NCBI GenBank assembly: GCA_007130125.1
Contig: SLSZ01000143.1
Coordinates: 41,852 to 105,851, forward strand
Direction: 5' to 3'
Length of the DNA: 64,000 nt
DNA from: Bacteroidales bacterium
GTDB taxonomy: Bacteria > Bacteroidota > Bacteroidia > Bacteroidales > UBA7960
Positions 63,854 through 64,000 of this stretch are shown here, piece after piece. A program made the translations under genes and the position numbers. Numbering within the stretch: the first letter of the stretch is position 1; each line of letters opens with the position of its first letter. The notes under the pieces were generated by a model. That model did not search any database and was not told where the DNA came from. It saw nothing but the letters and a program-made list of their open reading frames with translations.

Positions 63854-64000
63854 ATGAGATTTAAAGAGTTTTTGAAAGAGTTGAAACATCATGTTCCGTT
63901 TACCTTGTTTGCAACTATTGCGGCAATATTGCTTATTATATTTTTCAAATATTTTTTGGAGCAACAAATAACTGAGTTTATGTTCGAGTTATCACATGTA
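63854..64000 (+). CDS. Hypothetical membrane protein, N-terminal 49 codons; runs off the window end
   Basis: ATG 63854, 4 nt after the lpxK stop. Frame is open to the window end (MRFKEFLKELKHHVPFTLFATIAAILLIIFFKYFLEQQITEFMFELSHV) and contains a TM helix. Confidence 0.5.
   Translation, partial: MRFKEFLKELKHHVPFTLFATIAAILLIIFFKYFLEQQITEFMFELSHV

Overview
The window reads as ordinary chromosomal DNA from a low-GC member of the Bacteroidota. Three things point to that lineage: many TAnnTTTG (-7 type) promoter boxes just upstream of genes, the TolC-adaptor-RND gene order, and the conserved panC / short glycogen-synthase-like / DUF4270 / glmS neighbourhood. I support 55 protein-coding genes (one running off each end) and one tRNA-Arg(CCT), plus one strong intrinsic terminator and a set of promoter-like boxes.

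Content is mostly housekeeping and cell envelope:
- Core and biosynthetic genes: metG, glmS, panCD, gpsA, lpdA, asnB, thrC, thrH, and the carboxynorspermidine route to polyamines.
- LPS genes: waaA, lpxK, rfaE2.
- Polysaccharide export: Wza/Wzz and a Wzx-like flippase.
- A TetR-controlled RND efflux operon.
- An Mla-like lipid ABC transporter operon.

I saw no transposase, integrase, CRISPR array, toxin-antitoxin pair or recognisable defence system, so I cannot point to a clear-cut novel system.

The items most worth a second look are:
1. An orphan 1,396-aa double-activase / dehydratase-like fusion protein.
2. An N-acyl-amino-acid-synthase-like gene translationally coupled to an MprF-flippase-like membrane protein.
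3. A threonine-type operon that uses ThrH and carries a divergent 488-aa gamma-family PLP enzyme.
4. A KamA-family radical SAM protein with large extra regions.
5. A PcrB/GGGPS-type ether-lipid gene.
6. A dispersed family of intergenic word-repeat elements. One is a composite 16-mer/7-mer/9-mer tandem array inside the thr operon.

All protein calls rest on motif and family recognition by eye. No alignments, HMM searches or folding calculations were run.
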